This document shows, in pieces, positions 19,401 to 27,608 of a stretch of DNA of 64,000 bases (within the stretch, counting starts at the first letter, position 1; the number at the start of each line of letters is the position of its first letter). Made by a program: the position numbers and the translations under genes. Below the pieces are notes generated by a model. It was not told where the DNA came from. It made no database searches and worked only from the letters and a program-made list of their open reading frames with translations. Source of the DNA: Planctomycetales bacterium (GTDB lineage Bacteria > Omnitrophota > Gorgyraeia > Zapsychrales > Zapsychraceae); the NCBI GenBank assembly GCA_005239675.1, contig SBBO01000020.1:13627-77626 (forward strand), given 5' to 3'.

Positions 19401-21004
19401 CAGGCGTGGGGCTGATCTCACCACCACCACACCACGACATTTATTCCATTGAGGATCTGGCGCAGCTTATCCATGACCTGAAGAACGCCAACCCACAGGG
19501 AGATGTTAGCGTGAAACTTGTTTCTGAGATCGGTGTGGGGACGATTGCCGCTGGCGTGTCCAAGGGAAAGTCCGACCATGTCTTAATTAGCGGCTTCGAA
19601 GGCGGGACCGGCGCCTCTCCCCAGACATCTATTAAACACGCTGGGCTTCCTATGGAGCTGGGTATTGCCGAGACCCAGCAGGTCTTGGTCATGAATGATC
19701 TGCGTGGGCGTATCCGCGTGCAGACCGATGGACAGCTTAAGACCGGCCGGGATGTGGTCATTGCTGCGATGCTCGGTGCCGATGAATTTGGGTTCTCGAC
19801 GATTGCGTTAATTTCCGTGGGATGCATCTTGCTGCGCAAATGCCATTTAAACACCTGTTCGGTCGGGATAGCGACTCAGGACAAGGAACTGCGCAAACAA
19901 TTTACTGGTACGCCTGAACATGTAGTTAATTTCTTTGCTTTTGTTGCCCAAGAGATACGAGAGATCATGGCTGAATTGGGATTCCGTAAGTTTGAAGACA
20001 TGATCGGCCGTGTCGATATGTTGGAAACCAAAGAACTGATCGACCGTTGGAAAGTCCAGGGGATTGATCTCACCAATATCTTGCATAAGCCGGATGTGCC
20101 CGCCCACATTGCGATCCGTCACGTTGATCGCCAGGACCATGGTCTAGAGAGGGCCTTGGATAATCGTCTTATTGCTGACTGCCGTACGGCCATTGACCAC
20201 AAAACTCCCCTTCGGTTAAGTTATTCGATTCAAAATACTAACCGTACCGTGGGAACAATGTTGAGCTCTACGATCGCCCGTAAATATGGTCTGACTGGAC
20301 TACCAGAGGACACGATTCAGATTCAATTTGCGGGTTCTGCAGGGCAGAGTTTTGCTGCATTTTTGGCTCGTGGGATTACTTTTAGGTTGGAAGGCGACAC
20401 CAACGACTACGCCGGCAAGGGTCTCTCTGGCGGTAAGCTGATAGTGTATCCTCCTTTGAAATCGGTCTTTGTCCCTGAAGAAAATATCTTGATCGGGAAT
20501 GTTGTTCTATATGGCGCCGTGTGCGGTCAGGCGTATTTTCGCGGCATTGCCGGGGAACGCTTCTGTGTGCGTAATAGCGGCGCCCATGCGGTCGTCGAGG
20601 GTGTGGGGGATCATGGTTGTGAGTACATGACTGGTGGCCGCGCCGTTATCCTGGGGCGCACGGGCCGCAATTTCGCCGCTGGGATGAGTGGGGGGATCGC
20701 TTATGTGTGGGACGCGGATGGTCAGTTCGCAAAGCGCTGTAACACGGGGATGGTGGAGCTCTTCTGTGTCGAGCGCACGGAAGATATTGCGGAGCTCAAG
20801 ACACTCATCACGCATCATGCCCAATACACGGACAGTTCCGTTGCCAGACACATCCTGGACAATTGGGCGAAGGCCGTGCCGCAGTTCGTCAAGGTCTATC
20901 CGATCGATTATCGGCGCGTCATTGAGCAGGCCGCCGAGGCTGCTGCCCTCCCTAACGAGACAGAGTTAGTTTCCAGCACAGTTGCTTCCAAGGATGGAAA
21001 TTGA
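16424..21004 (+). CDS. gltB: glutamate synthase large subunit
   Basis: 1526 aa: an N-terminal class-II amidotransferase domain (CGVGFVAH), a central domain, an FMN/Fe-S domain, and a C-terminal GXGXG domain. The true start may be the ATG at 16451. Confidence 0.92.
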   Translation: MKLEQREPFMSKKGLYDPRFEHDACGVGFVAHLKGQKSHAIIRNGIQVLENLTHRGACGCDPETGDGAGITIQMPDAFLRKKCKELHIDLPPAGDYGAGMVFLPTSLQDCNTIEEWTEHIIHEEGQKFLGWRAVPHDPTKIGKIARSVMPSFKQLFIGRGKHIPSGDAFERKLYVIRQRLYNTVQASVLNQRSFYYFCSLSSKTLVYKGQLMAEQLDRFYSDLGDVDMTSALAMVHSRYSTNTFPTWALAHPYRMLAHNGEINTLRGNINWMHARERQFASEAFGCDLKKILPIVIPHGSDSATFDNVFEMLVLAGRSPAHTIMMMIPEAWNGHESMSQEKKDFYKYHSCLMEPWDGPASMTFTDGRYIGAVLDRNGLRPSRYWLTKDDLVIMASETGVLPVAADKILKKWRLQPGKIFLIDTHDGRIIDDEEIKHDYATRQPYGRWLKENLVLLEDLPEPKKVHGLNVKTLLERQKVFGYTLEDLKIILQPMAVTGLEATGSMGTDTPLAVLSARPQSLFNYFKQLFAQVTNPPIDSIREEVIMDESVILGSEANLLDETPAHCHRLYLDRPILTNKELEKIRHVNIGSLKAATLSIVFDAALGPQGLEPAMEALFHQADEAIAKGYTILILSDRDVDQENVPIPSLLACSGLHHHLIRRGTRTKVGLVLETGEAREMHHFAVLIGYGANAINPYLAFETIEYEIRDRVYPEDLDSEHAHKNFMKATRKGLFKIISKMGISTIQSYCGAQIFEAVGLGEELVEKYFTATPSRIGGIAIETIAKEAIHRHNTAYPEGGIYSPMLEEGGDYYWRKDGEHHQLNPETIAMLQHAVRSNKYDLYQRFAKLINNHETNLATIRGLLAFKKGDPIPLDQVEPASMIVKRFATGAMSYGSISKEAHETLAIAMNRMGGFSNTGEGGEDAERYQKDPNGDWRRSRIKQVAQGRFGVTIEYLVNSDQMQIKMAQGAKPGEGGQLPGHKVSREIATTRHTTPGVGLISPPPHHDIYSIEDLAQLIHDLKNANPQGDVSVKLVSEIGVGTIAAGVSKGKSDHVLISGFEGGTGASPQTSIKHAGLPMELGIAETQQVLVMNDLRGRIRVQTDGQLKTGRDVVIAAMLGADEFGFSTIALISVGCILLRKCHLNTCSVGIATQDKELRKQFTGTPEHVVNFFAFVAQEIREIMAELGFRKFEDMIGRVDMLETKELIDRWKVQGIDLTNILHKPDVPAHIAIRHVDRQDHGLERALDNRLIADCRTAIDHKTPLRLSYSIQNTNRTVGTMLSSTIARKYGLTGLPEDTIQIQFAGSAGQSFAAFLARGITFRLEGDTNDYAGKGLSGGKLIVYPPLKSVFVPEENILIGNVVLYGAVCGQAYFRGIAGERFCVRNSGAHAVVEGVGDHGCEYMTGGRAVILGRTGRNFAAGMSGGIAYVWDADGQFAKRCNTGMVELFCVERTEDIAELKTLITHHAQYTDSSVARHILDNWAKAVPQFVKVYPIDYRRVIEQAAEAAALPNETELVSSTVASKDGN

Positions 21005-21052
21005 GTTCCAGTGATCAGTGGAGGCAATATGTTGTGCCCATCGTGACTAACG

Positions 21053-22516
21053 ATGGACGAGGAAAAGTTAATGGGTGACGTTACTGGTTTTATCAAATAC
21101 AGCAGAGAAGATCTTCACAAACAGTCCATTGTAGAGCGTCTCAAACATTGGAAGGAATTTTATGAGCCAATGCCCGAGGAGAATTTAAGAAATCAGGGCG
21201 CTCGATGCATGGATTGCGGCGTCCCCTTTTGCCAGGAAGGCTGTCCCATCGGCAATATTATCCCCGATTGGAACGATCTAGTCTTTCGTGATCGCTGGCG
21301 GGAGGCGATTGACCGTCTGCACAAGACCAACAATTTTCCTGAGTTTACCGGCCGTATTTGTCCGGCGCCCTGTGAGAATTCCTGCGTCTTGGGGATTAAC
21401 GCCCCGCCGGTTACGATAAAAAATATTGAAGTCTCCATTATTGAGAAGGCCTATCAAGAAGGGTGGGTTGAGCCTCAGCCACCCAAACAGAGGACGAGAA
21501 AGACTGTTGCCGTTATAGGCTCTGGCCCAGCAGGACTGGCCTGCGCTGATCAGTTGAATAAATTGGGTCACCGCGTGACTGTTTACGAAAAAAACGAGGT
21601 TTGTGGTGGATTACTCGTCTTAGGGATTCCGGATTTTAAATTAGAGAAGTGGGTTGTCGAGCGGCGCCTGAAGCGCATGGAGGCTGAAGGTGTTGTCTTC
21701 AAGACCAAGGTCCATGTTGGCGTGGATATTTCCGCCAAAGAGTTGCGCGCAAAATTTGATTCCATTGTCCTGTGCGGCGGGGCTGAAAGCCCCAGAGACT
21801 TGCCTGTTGAAGGAAGAGATCTTCAAGGGGTTTATTTTGCCATGGATTATTTGACTCAGCAAAATCGGATTAATAATGGCCACAAGGTTTCTCCTGGGGC
21901 TTGGGTGACAGCTAAAGGCAAAAAAGTCATTGTCCTGGGAGGCGGTGATACGGGCTCAGATTGCATCGGCACGGCTAATCGGCAGGGGGCCTTCTCGGTG
22001 GTGAATTTCGAGTTGTTGCCACGCCCACCCAAGGAACGTAGCCAAGATAACCCGTGGCCGAACTGGGCCTTGATCGAGAGGACCTCCACCTCCCATGAGG
22101 AGGGTGTCCAGCGTGATTACGCGATCATGACCAAGAAATTGACTGGAGAAAATGGCCAATTAAAGAAACTACATGCGGTGCGCTTGGCCTTTGGTCCCAA
22201 GGATCCTGTGACGGGACGTAGTCCCATGCAAGAAATCGCTGGTTCACAATTTGAACTAGAGGTCGATTTATTGCTTCTGGCCTTGGGCTTTCTGGGACCG
22301 GTTAAGAATGGAATGATTGAAGAACTGGGTGTGGAATTGGATCACCGCGGGAATGTGAAGGCAGATAAGAATAAGATGACAAGTATCCCGGGAATTTTTA
22401 CCGCGGGCGACATGACCCGTGGGCAATCGCTTGTCGTTTGGGCTATCCACGAGGGCCGCGCCGCTGCGCAAGGCACGCATAACTATTTGATGAAATCTGT
22501 TGTAAGTTGTTCCTAG
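21053..22516 (+). CDS. gltD: glutamate synthase small subunit (NADPH-dependent, FAD/Fe-S)
   Basis: Cys cluster CPIGNIIPDWN...CPAPCENSC, a Rossmann motif VAVIGSGPAGLA, and a second one VIVLGGGDTGSDC. The ATG at 21071 has a better RBS (GAGGAAAAG). Confidence 0.9.
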   Translation: MDEEKLMGDVTGFIKYSREDLHKQSIVERLKHWKEFYEPMPEENLRNQGARCMDCGVPFCQEGCPIGNIIPDWNDLVFRDRWREAIDRLHKTNNFPEFTGRICPAPCENSCVLGINAPPVTIKNIEVSIIEKAYQEGWVEPQPPKQRTRKTVAVIGSGPAGLACADQLNKLGHRVTVYEKNEVCGGLLVLGIPDFKLEKWVVERRLKRMEAEGVVFKTKVHVGVDISAKELRAKFDSIVLCGGAESPRDLPVEGRDLQGVYFAMDYLTQQNRINNGHKVSPGAWVTAKGKKVIVLGGGDTGSDCIGTANRQGAFSVVNFELLPRPPKERSQDNPWPNWALIERTSTSHEEGVQRDYAIMTKKLTGENGQLKKLHAVRLAFGPKDPVTGRSPMQEIAGSQFELEVDLLLLALGFLGPVKNGMIEELGVELDHRGNVKADKNKMTSIPGIFTAGDMTRGQSLVVWAIHEGRAAAQGTHNYLMKSVVSCS

Positions 22517-22781
22517 CTCTTCGTTTTATCATGCTAAGAAAGATGGAATTTGTAGAAAAAGTTGGTGAAGGGTCTTTTTATAATACGGTCGACGATGCCT
22601 TGGAATTTGCACGCAAATTTGTTTCATAATATCATTTATCAGTGCCTTAACTGGCCCCCAAAATTTTGGGAGAATCCTGCTTGCCTTGACTCTTTTCACT
22701 GGAATTTACGTCTTGTAACAAAGTCTTAAAAAACGTCAAAACCGACTTCCCGCCATTCTTTTTTTATTTCTTTTTCCGGTA

Positions 22782-23456
22782 GTGCTCTTTCAAGGATGTT
22801 CGTTTTTATATATTGGACGGGTTCCTTACGATCAAAAATCTTTTGAGCAGATCCGGCCTCAGGCCCGATTCAGAATTCTATTTTTGGGAGATAGCACGGC
22901 GGTCGGGACCGGATCAGGGGATGGCCGCACTTCGGTTGCAGGATGGTTTGCGCAAGACTTTCCTGCGGCCCACATTATCAACCGTGCGCAGAATGGTTAT
23001 CGTTTGAAGGATATCTTGAAACAACTCGAGAAGGAGCAGTTTGACCACTATAATCTCGTTGTGATTCAAGCCGGAGCTAATGACATATTGCGCTTTACCT
23101 CTTTAAGATCAATTCAATGTAGCTTGGAAGAAATTATTAAGAGAGCAGAGAAAATTGGTGATGATGTGGTTGTGTTGCATTCCGGGGATATAGGAACAGC
23201 GCCAATATTCTGGTGGCCTCTCAAATGGTTTTATTCTTTGAAGACAAAAGCGGTCAGAAAAATTTATCTCGAGGCGGAAAAAAATACGGAAATCCACTAT
23301 GTTGATCTTTATGGCACAAAAGTGGATGAAATTTTTTTAGATAATAAGAAAAAATATTATTCCGATGATTATCTTCATCTAACTGGAGAAGGCTACCGGG
23401 CTTGGTATCAAGCGATTCGTGATGAGTTAAAAGAGGCAGGGGCGCTGGAGAATTAG
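22782..23456 (+). CDS. SGNH/GDSL-family hydrolase
   Basis: Block I ILFLGDSTAVG, a GAND block (IQAGANDI), and a C-terminal DDYLHLT (Asp/His of the triad). Confidence 0.7.
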   Translation: MLFQGCSFLYIGRVPYDQKSFEQIRPQARFRILFLGDSTAVGTGSGDGRTSVAGWFAQDFPAAHIINRAQNGYRLKDILKQLEKEQFDHYNLVVIQAGANDILRFTSLRSIQCSLEEIIKRAEKIGDDVVVLHSGDIGTAPIFWWPLKWFYSLKTKAVRKIYLEAEKNTEIHYVDLYGTKVDEIFLDNKKKYYSDDYLHLTGEGYRAWYQAIRDELKEAGALEN

Positions 23457-23535
23457 TAAAAAAGGTTCCCATGCCAAGTGTCATTGTTCCAATTTATAAT
23501 AAATAAATTATTCCTTCAAAGAACAAGTAGAAAAC

Positions 23536-23721
23536 ATGGAAATAAGATCCATTATCCGATGTCCTCACTGTGGTTTTGAAAAAGAAGAAGCCATGCCCAT
23601 GGCTTCCTGCCAATTTTTCTATCAATGCACTCAATGTGGAGAAAGGTTGAGACCGAAAGAAGGGGATTGTTGTGTGTTTTGTTCTTACGGCACAGTCAAA
23701 TGTCCTTCAAAACAGCATTGA
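23536..23721 (+). CDS. small Cys-rich zinc-ribbon protein with a GDCCVxC motif (GDCCVxC-domain (seleno)protein-like; all-Cys form)
   Basis: 61 aa: CPHCG...CQFFYQCTQCG...GDCCVFCSYGTVKC, eleven Cys in all. There is no in-frame TGA. Confidence 0.55.
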   Translation: MEIRSIIRCPHCGFEKEEAMPMASCQFFYQCTQCGERLRPKEGDCCVFCSYGTVKCPSKQH

Positions 23722-23828
23722 ATATAGATGTATAGGCAAAATGAGTGGTTGCTAATAAACAGGAGCCAATGTATTCTTTAGTTGAAATTTGACAGGGTTC
23801 ATAAAGATTTGACCTCTGGTTGCTTCGA

Positions 23829-23875
23829 TATCCAACGATCTCCAACAAGAACAGGCTGTGAGACGTTGGATTTTT
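23829..23875 (+). terminator. terminator-like hairpin
   Basis: ATCCAACG...CGTTGGAT is a perfect 8-bp stem with a long loop, followed by TTTTTT. It sits about 110 nt downstream of the small Cys-rich ORF. Confidence 0.45.
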
Positions 23876-23986
23876 TGACGCTTGATGACTTATTGTAACT
23901 CTCGAGAATTTTGCTCATAACCGCCTGACGTCTTTTGCTAACTTTTATCTTGGCTTTTCCTCGGTTCTTTGTTAATCTGTGTACTG

Positions 23987-24056
23987 CAGGCAGATGGTTC
24001 CTCCTTTGTTTTAGGGTTTGGTCACCTTTATTTTAGGAGAACCCTGCCTGTTTTTT
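23987..24056 (+). terminator. intrinsic-terminator-like long imperfect hairpin followed by T6
   Basis: CAGGCAG at 23987-23993 pairs with CTGCCTG at 24044-24050. The inner pairing GGTTCcTCC / GGAGAACC extends the stem, and TTTTTT follows directly. Confidence 0.5.
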
Positions 24057-24120
24057 ATCTAATTTCAACTAAAATTAGCATTCAATCGGCAAGAGCAAAT
24101 AAAAGACGTTAAAATTAAAA

Positions 24121-24300
24121 ATTGGGAGTCGGCAGCGCGATGAAATGGCATCGGCTATTTTATCTGGCGAATAGCCCTCCCTCGTTGGCGACCACAGGGT
24201 TCAACTCCCCACCGTTCTGTCTTAAGGAAACTGCTTTTCAGGAAAGCAGTCTTGCAGGTGAAAAACCTCCGCTGCGATTCTGAGGTTTCCTTAAGACAGG
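24121..24300 (+). promoter_or_regulatory. highly structured element directly upstream of the SPFH gene, with nested inverted repeats and alternative pairings
   Basis: A 15-bp inverted repeat CTGTCTTAAGGAAAC (24217-24231) / GTTTCCTTAAGACAG (24285-24299) encloses two hairpins (CTGCTTT-ucagg-AAAGCAG and AAACCTC-12nt-GAGGTTT). Upstream, GGGAGT (24124-24129) can pair either with CTCCC (24176-24180) or with ACTCCC (24203-24208). The block ends 22 nt before the SPFH start codon. Confidence 0.4.
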
Positions 24301-24321
24301 ACATATTTTAAGTAGGACACA

Positions 24322-25047
24322 ATGTCAATATTTATCATTATTATCGGTATTATCGTCGGCTGGATTGGAATACTTTATTTGATTTCCAAGTATTTCACAA
24401 CAATTTTCGAATTTGAAAGGGGCCTAAAGTATCGTAAGGGCAAATTTGTTGAGATTTTGGGGCCAGGCCGTTATTGGATATTCTCGCGAAGTACAACGAT
24501 AAGTAAAATTGATGTCCGGCCGAAAGTCATTTCTGTTCCCGGCCAAGAGGTTTTAAGCGCTGATAGCGTGACTCTAAAGGTCAGTGTTACGGCAAAATAT
24601 GAAATTATTGATCCGAATTTGGCTGTTAACAAGATCGAGAATTATATAGAGGCGTTCTACGCGACTGTTCAACTGGCACTTCGTGATATTATCGGATCGT
24701 TAAAAATTGATGAAATTTTAGAACAGCGACCCACTTTGAATCAAAAACTCATGGAGATAACATCAAAGAGTGTCGGGGAATTAGGAATAAAAATTCACTT
24801 GATCGGGGTTAAGGACATCATGTTTCCTGGAGAATTGAAGAAAATATTTGCGAAAGTTGTGGAAGCACAAAAAGAAGGACTGGCCGCATTAGAGCGAGCT
24901 CGGGGTGAAACTGCATCACTAAGAAGCTTAGCCAATGTCGCTAAAATGCTGGATGACAATCCCGCCTTAATGCAATTAAGGGCATTACAGTCTCCAGGGA
25001 ATACTGTCGTTCTTGGGGTTCCCGGCTCTGTTAAGAAGGAAGATTAA
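24322..25047 (+). CDS. SPFH/band-7 (stomatin/prohibitin-like) membrane protein
   Basis: An N-terminal TM helix followed by an SPFH domain. AGGA RBS. No NfeD partner is adjacent. Confidence 0.75.
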   Translation: MSIFIIIIGIIVGWIGILYLISKYFTTIFEFERGLKYRKGKFVEILGPGRYWIFSRSTTISKIDVRPKVISVPGQEVLSADSVTLKVSVTAKYEIIDPNLAVNKIENYIEAFYATVQLALRDIIGSLKIDEILEQRPTLNQKLMEITSKSVGELGIKIHLIGVKDIMFPGELKKIFAKVVEAQKEGLAALERARGETASLRSLANVAKMLDDNPALMQLRALQSPGNTVVLGVPGSVKKED

Positions 25048-25121
25048 TGGAACAAGATAAGAAAAAAGTCTACCTCCAGACCTGGCAAGACCACACAATT
25101 CTCAAAGGACGCAAATCATAA

Positions 25122-26474
25122 ATGATTGATATCCAATACGATAAAAAGAGGGTGTTTGTTGAGACCTACGGCTGTCAAATGAATGTCTACGATACCGAAT
25201 TGGTACGTTCCATTCTGCTAAAGGCAGGCTATAGCTTTGTTGCCAAGGAACAGGAAGCGGATATTGCGCTTTTGAACACCTGTGCTATCCGAGAGCATGC
25301 GCATCAGAAAGTCTACAACCGCATCCATGAGATCAGGCGTTGTCATCAGGGCAAGTCGGTTGTGATCGGGGTCTTGGGTTGTATGGCGACCAATTTACGC
25401 ACCGACCTCTTGGAGAACCGTAGGCTCAACATTGATTTTATTGCTGGACCAGATTCGTATAAGAGGCTCCCTGAGTTGATTGCTCAATGCGTAAACGACG
25501 AGAAACAATGGACAGGAGATAAGCGGCGTAAGGCCTACGATGTGAGGCTTTCAGAATTTGAGACGTACGCGGACGTTTATCCTGAGCGTCCTGGGGGTGT
25601 CAACGCATGGTTAGCCGTCATGCGTGGGTGCAACAATTTTTGTACGTTTTGCGTGGTGCCCTACACGCGCGGCCGTGAGCGCAGCCGTGCACCGGAGAAT
25701 GTGGTTGCCGAGGTCAGGCGCCTGGGTCAAGAAGGATTTAAGCAGGTAACCCTTTTAGGCCAGAACGTCAATAGTTACTATTATCAAGGGCATGATTTCG
25801 CTGATCTGATCGAGGAGGTGAGCAGGGTAGAGACAATCGAACGCATCCGGTTTACATCCCCGCACCCCAAGGATTTCCCGGAAAAACTCTTGAATGTCAT
25901 TGCTCGTCATCCGAAGATCTGCAAGCACATCCATCTACCTGTGCAATCCGGCAGCAATCGCATCCTTGAACGAATGGGGCGCACCTACACGCGCGAGGAT
26001 TTTCTGGAGCTGGTTGCTAAAATCCAGCGTATCATCCCGGGTGTTGCGCTCTCAACAGATGTCATTGTCGGCTTCTGCGCAGAAACCGACGCAGACTTTG
26101 AGGACACATTGAGTCTGATGCGGGAGGTAGAATTCGATTCCGCATTTACCTTTAAATATTCCCAGCGTAAAGGCACGATAGCCTCCCGTCAATACAAAGA
26201 CGACGTGTTCGAGGCCATTAAGACCGAACGTATCGTCTCTTTAAACGCACTGCAGAAAGAGATTTCCTTAAAGAAAAACCGTGCGTATATTAGCCATTGT
26301 CACGAAATTCTCATTGAAAACAAAGGCAACAAGCATTCGCCGGATATCCTTTATGGCCGTACCGATGACAACAAGCTGGTGACGTTGGCTAGTGGTAATC
26401 ATGGTCTGGGCGAATTCGTGAAGGTACGTATAGTGGATGTCTCAGCTAACGTCTTGAAAGGGGTTGCAATTTAG
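25122..26474 (+). CDS. miaB: tRNA-2-methylthio-N6-dimethylallyladenosine synthase MiaB (radical SAM methylthiotransferase)
   Basis: An MTTase N-terminal Cys triad (YGCQMN...NTCAIRE...GCMA), a radical-SAM CNNFCTFC motif, and a TRAM C-terminus. Confidence 0.9.
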   Translation: MIDIQYDKKRVFVETYGCQMNVYDTELVRSILLKAGYSFVAKEQEADIALLNTCAIREHAHQKVYNRIHEIRRCHQGKSVVIGVLGCMATNLRTDLLENRRLNIDFIAGPDSYKRLPELIAQCVNDEKQWTGDKRRKAYDVRLSEFETYADVYPERPGGVNAWLAVMRGCNNFCTFCVVPYTRGRERSRAPENVVAEVRRLGQEGFKQVTLLGQNVNSYYYQGHDFADLIEEVSRVETIERIRFTSPHPKDFPEKLLNVIARHPKICKHIHLPVQSGSNRILERMGRTYTREDFLELVAKIQRIIPGVALSTDVIVGFCAETDADFEDTLSLMREVEFDSAFTFKYSQRKGTIASRQYKDDVFEAIKTERIVSLNALQKEISLKKNRAYISHCHEILIENKGNKHSPDILYGRTDDNKLVTLASGNHGLGEFVKVRIVDVSANVLKGVAI

Positions 26475-26568
26475 TATAAAATAATGTATATATTTGATCT
26501 AAACTCGCAATTCGAAAGGATCTCTCTGGGTGCCACGCTAAGACAAGGGAGAGGTCATACCAATACTG

Positions 26569-27600
26569 ATGATTACTACCCATCATATAACTCCCGAGGA
26601 ACTTTACGAGTCCTTAAAGACTATTAAGGTCGGGGGTACGGCCTGCCATTATTCTCTCAAGAAATGTGCGGAGCTTGTTCCTACGATCAACGCCATCAAT
26701 GAATTGAAAGAAGAAAAGAATGCCGTCATCCTTGTTCATTCCTACGTCAGTCCTGAGATTGTCTATGGTGTCGCAGATTATGTGGGCGATTCCTACGCCT
26801 TAAGTAAGAACGCGATGGAGACTGATGCCGATGTGATCGTCTTTGCCGCAGTGCGTTTTATGGGTGAGACAGCGAAAGTCATGAACCCACACAAAGAGGT
26901 CCTAATCCCGACCGCATTGGATGGTTGTACCTTGGCTGATTCGATCGATGCCGCCACCGTGCGCCGCTTGCGCCAGCAATTCCCGGATTATACTTTTGTT
27001 TGTTACATCAACACGACCGCTGAGGTCAAATCCGAGTGCGATGTGTGCGTTACATCGGCCAATGTGTACAACGTGGTCGAACGCATCCCTAATGATAAGA
27101 TTTATTTTTTGCCCGATAAATTAATGGGACAGAATCTCGTCAACGCCATGTATGCCCTCGGCGTGCATAAGACAATCAGTTATTATACCGGCACCTGCTA
27201 TGTCCATGAGGAATATAACACAGAGCAGATCTTCCGTATACGCACTGAATACCCCAACGTCAAGGTCGTCAGCCATCCGGAATGTAACCCAGCCGTCGTT
27301 GCCCACTCGGATTTTGTTGGTTCAACCGCCCAGATGCTCGCTTATATGCGGGAAACGGAATCTAGGGAATTCTTGATGCTGACCGAGTGCGGACTTTCTT
27401 CACGGTTGCAAAAAGAATTCCCTAACAAAAAGCTCGTTGGCACCTGCACGCTCTGTCGCTACATGAAGTCTAATACTCTCGATGATATCCTCCGTGTCCT
27501 TAAAGATCCCGCGCCTGCCGACCGCGTTGTCATTGCACCAGATATATGCCAACGCGCCGCCCGCTCTATCGAGGCGATGTTCCAATACAGCCGCTCGTAG
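26569..27600 (+). CDS. nadA: quinolinate synthase NadA
   Basis: 343 aa with the three-fold repeat architecture and the conserved Cys ligands typical of NadA. Confidence 0.85.
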   Translation: MITTHHITPEELYESLKTIKVGGTACHYSLKKCAELVPTINAINELKEEKNAVILVHSYVSPEIVYGVADYVGDSYALSKNAMETDADVIVFAAVRFMGETAKVMNPHKEVLIPTALDGCTLADSIDAATVRRLRQQFPDYTFVCYINTTAEVKSECDVCVTSANVYNVVERIPNDKIYFLPDKLMGQNLVNAMYALGVHKTISYYTGTCYVHEEYNTEQIFRIRTEYPNVKVVSHPECNPAVVAHSDFVGSTAQMLAYMRETESREFLMLTECGLSSRLQKEFPNKKLVGTCTLCRYMKSNTLDDILRVLKDPAPADRVVIAPDICQRAARSIEAMFQYSRS

Positions 27601-27608
27601 TCCCTATC

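Noticed and set aside
24190-24212. tRNA-3'-end-like fragment (GGGTTCAACTCCCCACC) as a possible att site of an integrated element
   Set aside because: Only the T-loop-like core matches. There is no acceptor-stem match, it is in the opposite orientation to the tRNA-Leu gene 9.5 kb away, and there are no integrase or flanking repeats. It is more likely part of the structured leader.
24140-24283. 47-codon ORF (MKWHRLFYLANSPPSLATTGFNSPPFCLKETAFQESSLAGEKPPLRF) inside the structured leader
   Set aside because: It lies entirely within nested hairpins, has a poor RBS, and its composition is dominated by the palindromes, so it is probably not coding. A 40-codon ORF on the - strand (about 23783-23905) is rejected for the same reason.
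27601-27608. Expectation of a terminator between convergent nadA and comM
   Set aside because: Only 8 bp separate the two stop codons, so there is no room for a hairpin. The genes simply abut.
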